From positions 42,268-74,267 of the forward strand of contig JAQBHB010000090.1 in assembly GCA_032128115.1 (NCBI GenBank): a stretch of 32,000 bases of DNA. Reading direction: 5' to 3'. This document shows positions 28,975-32,000 of the stretch, piece by piece. Numbering within the stretch: position 1 is the first letter of the stretch; each line of letters opens with the position of its first letter. The translations under genes and the position numbers were made by a program. The notes under the pieces were generated by a model. The model was not told the origin of the DNA. It did no database searches and was given only the letters and a program-made list of their open reading frames with translations. This stretch comes from Deltaproteobacteria bacterium. GTDB lineage: Bacteria > Myxococcota_A > UBA9160 > SMWR01.

Positions 28975-30480
28975 ATGAGCGGTGTACCATCGGGCGCTCT
29001 CGAGGAGGCGGCGTTGGCCTGGCGGGCCTGGGTATTCGCGGTGGGGCTGGCGGTGGGTTGGCTCGCGTGGGAGGGCGTCTCCGACGCGGACGGTCACCGC
29101 ATGGCGCCCGGGTTCTGCGCCCTCGCGGGTGGCGCCCTGTTGTGTGCCGTGGCCTCGTTGATCGCACGCCTCCGGGACGACGAGCCCGCGCGCGGGACCC
29201 ACCTGGCGGCTGGGGCGAGTGCCGGCCTCGTGGCGCTTCCGGCCCTGGCCGCAACGCGTCTGGGCGCGGCGCCCAGCGCCGGTGTCTGGCTGGTCGTCGT
29301 AACGGTTCTGCTGGCCCTGGCGTGGCTGCGCGCAGCGCGCGCGGATGGACCGTCCGGCGGATTCGCGCGCCAGCTGCGTTCCGCCTGTCTCGGCCTGGGC
29401 CTCGGCGGGGTCGGGGTGCTGGCCGCCTCCACTGCCCTCGCCTCCCTGGCGCGGATTCCCTACGAGGCCCGGGGCGAGCGTGCGGCGGCGATCTTCGACC
29501 TGGATGCCACCATCGCGACGCGTGCGATTCCGCGCTGCGCGGACGAGCCCTCCCGGGTCCAGATCCTGTTGGACCGGGGCTCGCGTCCCCGCTTCGGGAA
29601 TGACGGGCGCTGGCTGTGGTTCGACGCTCGGGTCGATGGCCGGCGACAGATCCACCGACTCGACACGGAATCCGGTCAGGCGGTGTGCTGGACTTGTGAC
29701 GAGCCCGGCAACAACCTGCGCCCTGCGCCGGCGGATCGGGGCTCGGGGGTGGCCTTCGAGACCGACCGCCACGGCGCTCCCTGGGACACCGAGATCCACA
29801 TGGCCGACGGGCGCGGCGATGTTCCCAGGAGCGTCTCGCGCCGACTCACCTACAGCGCGGGCCCCGACGATCACGCCCTCTTGCGGCACGGGGTGCTGGT
29901 GTGGTCTCGGCGCGAGAGCGCGGGCTACGAAGTGGCCTCGGCCGGTGTCCGAAGCGGCCACGGAAGTCTCGGGCTTGGCGACGTGAGCGTGCTCTCCGCC
30001 GGAGGCATGGGCTGGACGGCCCCGCTCGAGTGGTCTCCCGACGGGCGCTCGCTGGTGTTGGCGCGGGGCAATCCGTTTCGTCCGCGGGTCGCCCGGGCCA
30101 TCGACCCCGCCACGGGAGTGGAAACCCTGCTGGGCGAAGATGTGGCTCCGGGAGGCGCGTCGTTCAATGCCGACGGCGGCTGGGTGGTGGTGGCGAGTTC
30201 GCGCCGCACTCGATTGGCGGGATTGCTCCCGGCGCAGCTGGGGTTCCTGCTGGCACCGTTGGCGGCGGCGGTCGAGCGCGACGGCTCCCTGCTGCGCGGC
30301 ACCGGAATCCGCATGGGGGAACCCTGGGCCGCAGGCGCGCCTCTGGTGCTGGCTGACCTGGCGGTGTGGGGCGCGCCCACCGGCATCGCCCTGAGCCCGG
30401 ACGGGAATCACGTGATCCTGGGGCAGCGGAGCGCTGCCGGCGACGAGCGTCTGGTGCGACTGGATCTCGACTGCCGCTGA
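28975..30480 (+). CDS. membrane protein with N-terminal TM helices and a C-terminal TolB/PD40-like beta-propeller region
   Basis: About four hydrophobic helices in the first 180 aa (WVFAVGLAVGWLAW, FCALAGGALLCAVASLI, VWLVVVTVLLALAWL, LGLGLGGVGVLAASTALASL). These are followed by repeated PD40-like strands (EWSPDGRSLVLAR, FNADGGWVVVASS, ALSPDGNHVILGQ). Confidence 0.6.
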   Translation: MSGVPSGALEEAALAWRAWVFAVGLAVGWLAWEGVSDADGHRMAPGFCALAGGALLCAVASLIARLRDDEPARGTHLAAGASAGLVALPALAATRLGAAPSAGVWLVVVTVLLALAWLRAARADGPSGGFARQLRSACLGLGLGGVGVLAASTALASLARIPYEARGERAAAIFDLDATIATRAIPRCADEPSRVQILLDRGSRPRFGNDGRWLWFDARVDGRRQIHRLDTESGQAVCWTCDEPGNNLRPAPADRGSGVAFETDRHGAPWDTEIHMADGRGDVPRSVSRRLTYSAGPDDHALLRHGVLVWSRRESAGYEVASAGVRSGHGSLGLGDVSVLSAGGMGWTAPLEWSPDGRSLVLARGNPFRPRVARAIDPATGVETLLGEDVAPGGASFNADGGWVVVASSRRTRLAGLLPAQLGFLLAPLAAAVERDGSLLRGTGIRMGEPWAAGAPLVLADLAVWGAPTGIALSPDGNHVILGQRSAAGDERLVRLDLDCR

Positions 30481-30510
30481 AGCGCGGCTGCGTCGGGTAT
30501 TCTCGCGGGC

Positions 30511-31131
30511 GTGCCGTCCCTGGATCAGATCCGCCGGGGCCTGTCCCAACACCGGCCCGTCACGCTCGACCCGGAACAGACCCGGCGCGCCGCCGTGGCG
30601 ATGCTTCTGCGCCCCGCCTCGCGTGTCGGCGGCGGAGCTCAGGAGCTGCTTTTCATCGAGCGGGCGCGCCGGGAGGGCGATCCCTGGTCGGGGCACATGG
30701 CCCTGCCCGGCGGCCGCGTCGACGCGGGAGACGAGACGTCGCGCCGCGCCGCCGAGCGCGAGACCCTGGAAGAGGTGGGGCTGACTCTGGACGGCGCGGA
30801 GCGCCTGGGCCGCCTGGACGACATGCAGGGCCACCGGGTCTCGGGCGTTCCGGGCATGGTGGTTTCGGCCTTCGTGTATCACGTGGTCGAGCCGGGTCCC
30901 ATCGTTACCAACCACGAGGTGCAGGACGCCTTCTGGTTTCCGGTGAAGGGGCTGCTCGAACCCGAGCGCCACGTGGACTATCCGCTGCTGCAGATCGGTG
31001 GCCAGAGGTTTCCCGGAATCCAGGTGGGCGACCCCGACCGCCAGGTGGTCTGGGGGCTCACGTATCGCTTCCTCGAGATCTTCTTCGAGATCGTGGGCCA
31101 TCCGCTTCCCAATCGTTGGCGCGGACGCTAA
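30511..31131 (+). CDS. NUDIX hydrolase, CoA pyrophosphatase-like
   Basis: NUDIX box GGRVDAGDETSRRAAERETLEEVGL (G-x5-E-x7-REUxEExGU), with the upstream AAVAMLLRP...LLFIERA pattern typical of the CoA-pyrophosphatase subgroup. GTG start. Confidence 0.85.
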   Translation: MPSLDQIRRGLSQHRPVTLDPEQTRRAAVAMLLRPASRVGGGAQELLFIERARREGDPWSGHMALPGGRVDAGDETSRRAAERETLEEVGLTLDGAERLGRLDDMQGHRVSGVPGMVVSAFVYHVVEPGPIVTNHEVQDAFWFPVKGLLEPERHVDYPLLQIGGQRFPGIQVGDPDRQVVWGLTYRFLEIFFEIVGHPLPNRWRGR

Positions 31132-31160
31132 CGGTCGGCGGGGACGCCAACGGCGCGGTC

Positions 31161-31697
31161 TCAGGCGGGCATCAGCGAAACATCGATCACCAGGCGATCC
31201 GCCTCCGCCTCGAGCGCCTCGCGCAGTTCCCGATGGTCCAGGTTGTCGGGCACCTCGGCCGCGATCCGCAGCTCGTAGTCGGGCGAGCCGCCCGGGCCCG
31301 GCCGGCTGCGGGTAGAGAGATCGGCGATGTTCACGCCGTGCGCGGCGAGCACGCCGCACAGGGAGGTCACGATCCCCGCGCGGTCTTCGCCGACGGCCTC
31401 GATCCGGAACAGCCGGGTTCCCGGCGCGGGAACCGGCGGGCGCGGCTCGCCCTCCAGACCCCGCAACAGGATCGTGAGCCCGTAGTCGCGCTCCAGGCGC
31501 TTGGCTCCCACCGCGATCTGGGTGTCCACCTGGGGTTTCGCCGATGAGCACAGCAGGATCACGGCGAAGTCACTCCCGAGGATGCTCATTCGCGAGTCCT
31601 CGAGATTGGCGTCCGCGTCGAAAATCAGCTGGGTCAGCTCGGCCACGAGGCCGGGACGGTCGCGGCCGATGGCCGAGAGGATGAACCAGCGTTTCAT
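31161..31697 (-). CDS. tandem ACT-domain protein, glycine-cleavage-system regulator GcvR-like
   Basis: 178 aa with two ACT-like modules (FILSAIGRDRPGLVAELTQLIFDADANLEDS and FRIEAVGEDRAGIVTSLCGVLAAHGVNIADL). Confidence 0.75.
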   Translation of the reverse strand: MKRWFILSAIGRDRPGLVAELTQLIFDADANLEDSRMSILGSDFAVILLCSSAKPQVDTQIAVGAKRLERDYGLTILLRGLEGEPRPPVPAPGTRLFRIEAVGEDRAGIVTSLCGVLAAHGVNIADLSTRSRPGPGGSPDYELRIAAEVPDNLDHRELREALEAEADRLVIDVSLMPA

Positions 31698-31711
31698 GGC
31701 CCCATTCTACG

Positions 31712-31945
31712 TCAATTCGGGGGGGCTTCGTCGCTGGCTTCGAATCCGACGCAGGTCACGACCGGCAGGGGGGGGTACCGCAGGAAGGAGGGATCTCCCT
31801 CCGCCCGTCGGCAGCGCCAGAAGACACTGTCCCGGGCGCTGCGTTGGGCCGTGGCGTGGCGGCATCCACCACACAGTCCCGCTGCGTTTCCGGCCGGTGT
31901 TTGGCGCTCCGCCGCCATCAGTGTCAGTCTAGTATCGGGACCCAT
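31712..31945 (-). CDS. small Cys-rich hypothetical protein (possible zinc-ribbon-like)
   Basis: 77-aa ORF ending 14 nt upstream of the ACT gene on the same strand. Four Cys residues sit in a C-x2-C ... C ... C arrangement (CGGCRHA...FWRCRR...VVTCVGFE). Weak evidence only. Confidence 0.35.
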   Translation of the reverse strand: MGPDTRLTLMAAERQTPAGNAAGLCGGCRHATAQRSARDSVFWRCRRAEGDPSFLRYPPLPVVTCVGFEASDEAPPN

Positions 31946-32000
31946 GGGACGCCTCGGAAGCTTCTTCTCGCGACTCGAGCGGGTGCTCGAGCTCGGCGAG

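Noticed and set aside
28471-31551. 1026-aa minus-strand ORF spanning four annotated genes
   Set aside because: It runs antisense across a membrane/propeller gene and a NUDIX gene, and out of frame through two minus-strand genes. Its composition is extreme Arg/Pro/Gly with no motifs. This is a high-GC artefact.
31944-32000. Possible plus-strand CDS start at the window edge (MGRLGSFFSRLERVLELGE...)
   Set aside because: Only 19 codons are visible, which is too short to evaluate. Its ATG overlaps the start of the weakly supported small minus-strand ORF.

Overview
GC-rich (about two-thirds G+C by eye, not computed) bacterial chromosomal window with about 27 credible protein genes. I saw no rRNA, tRNA or CRISPR. 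1-9.1 kb holds accessory catabolic enzymes: a 3-hydroxyisobutyrate-dehydrogenase-like oxidoreductase, a carboxymuconolactone-decarboxylase-family protein, an HSL-type esterase, a GH3 beta-glucosidase, two convergent cytochrome P450s and two conserved unknowns. 9.3-16 kb holds a lipoprotein sulfatase-superfamily enzyme with a non-canonical T-x-P-x-H active-site motif, an unknown P-loop protein translationally coupled to an isoaspartyl peptidase/asparaginase, and a 771-aa GxSxG hydrolase-like protein. The stand-out is 16.2-23.7 kb, a tightly coupled three-gene cassette. It encodes (i) a TIR-domain protein, (ii) a 1286-aa STAND NTPase with a predicted TM helix and 16 WD40 repeats, and (iii) a RyR-domain / TPR-like / Rossmann-like / class III nucleotidyl-cyclase protein. 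It looks like an NLR/Apaf-like conflict (defence) or signalling system, and I cannot match this combination of parts to a described system. The cassette is followed by IS-transposase, cadherin and PEP-CTERM gene debris in a visibly AT-richer stretch. After that come a PEP-CTERM protein gene with a near-consensus sigma54 promoter, an amidase, a small bacterial histone-fold (DUF1931/Bd0055-like) protein, a conserved unknown, a membrane-anchored TolB-like propeller protein, a CoA-type NUDIX hydrolase and a GcvR-like ACT protein. PEP-CTERM, sigma54 and a bacterial histone suggest an environmental Gram-negative host such as a Myxococcota/deltaproteobacterium-like organism (inference only). Many very long antisense ORFs in the track are high-GC artefacts.
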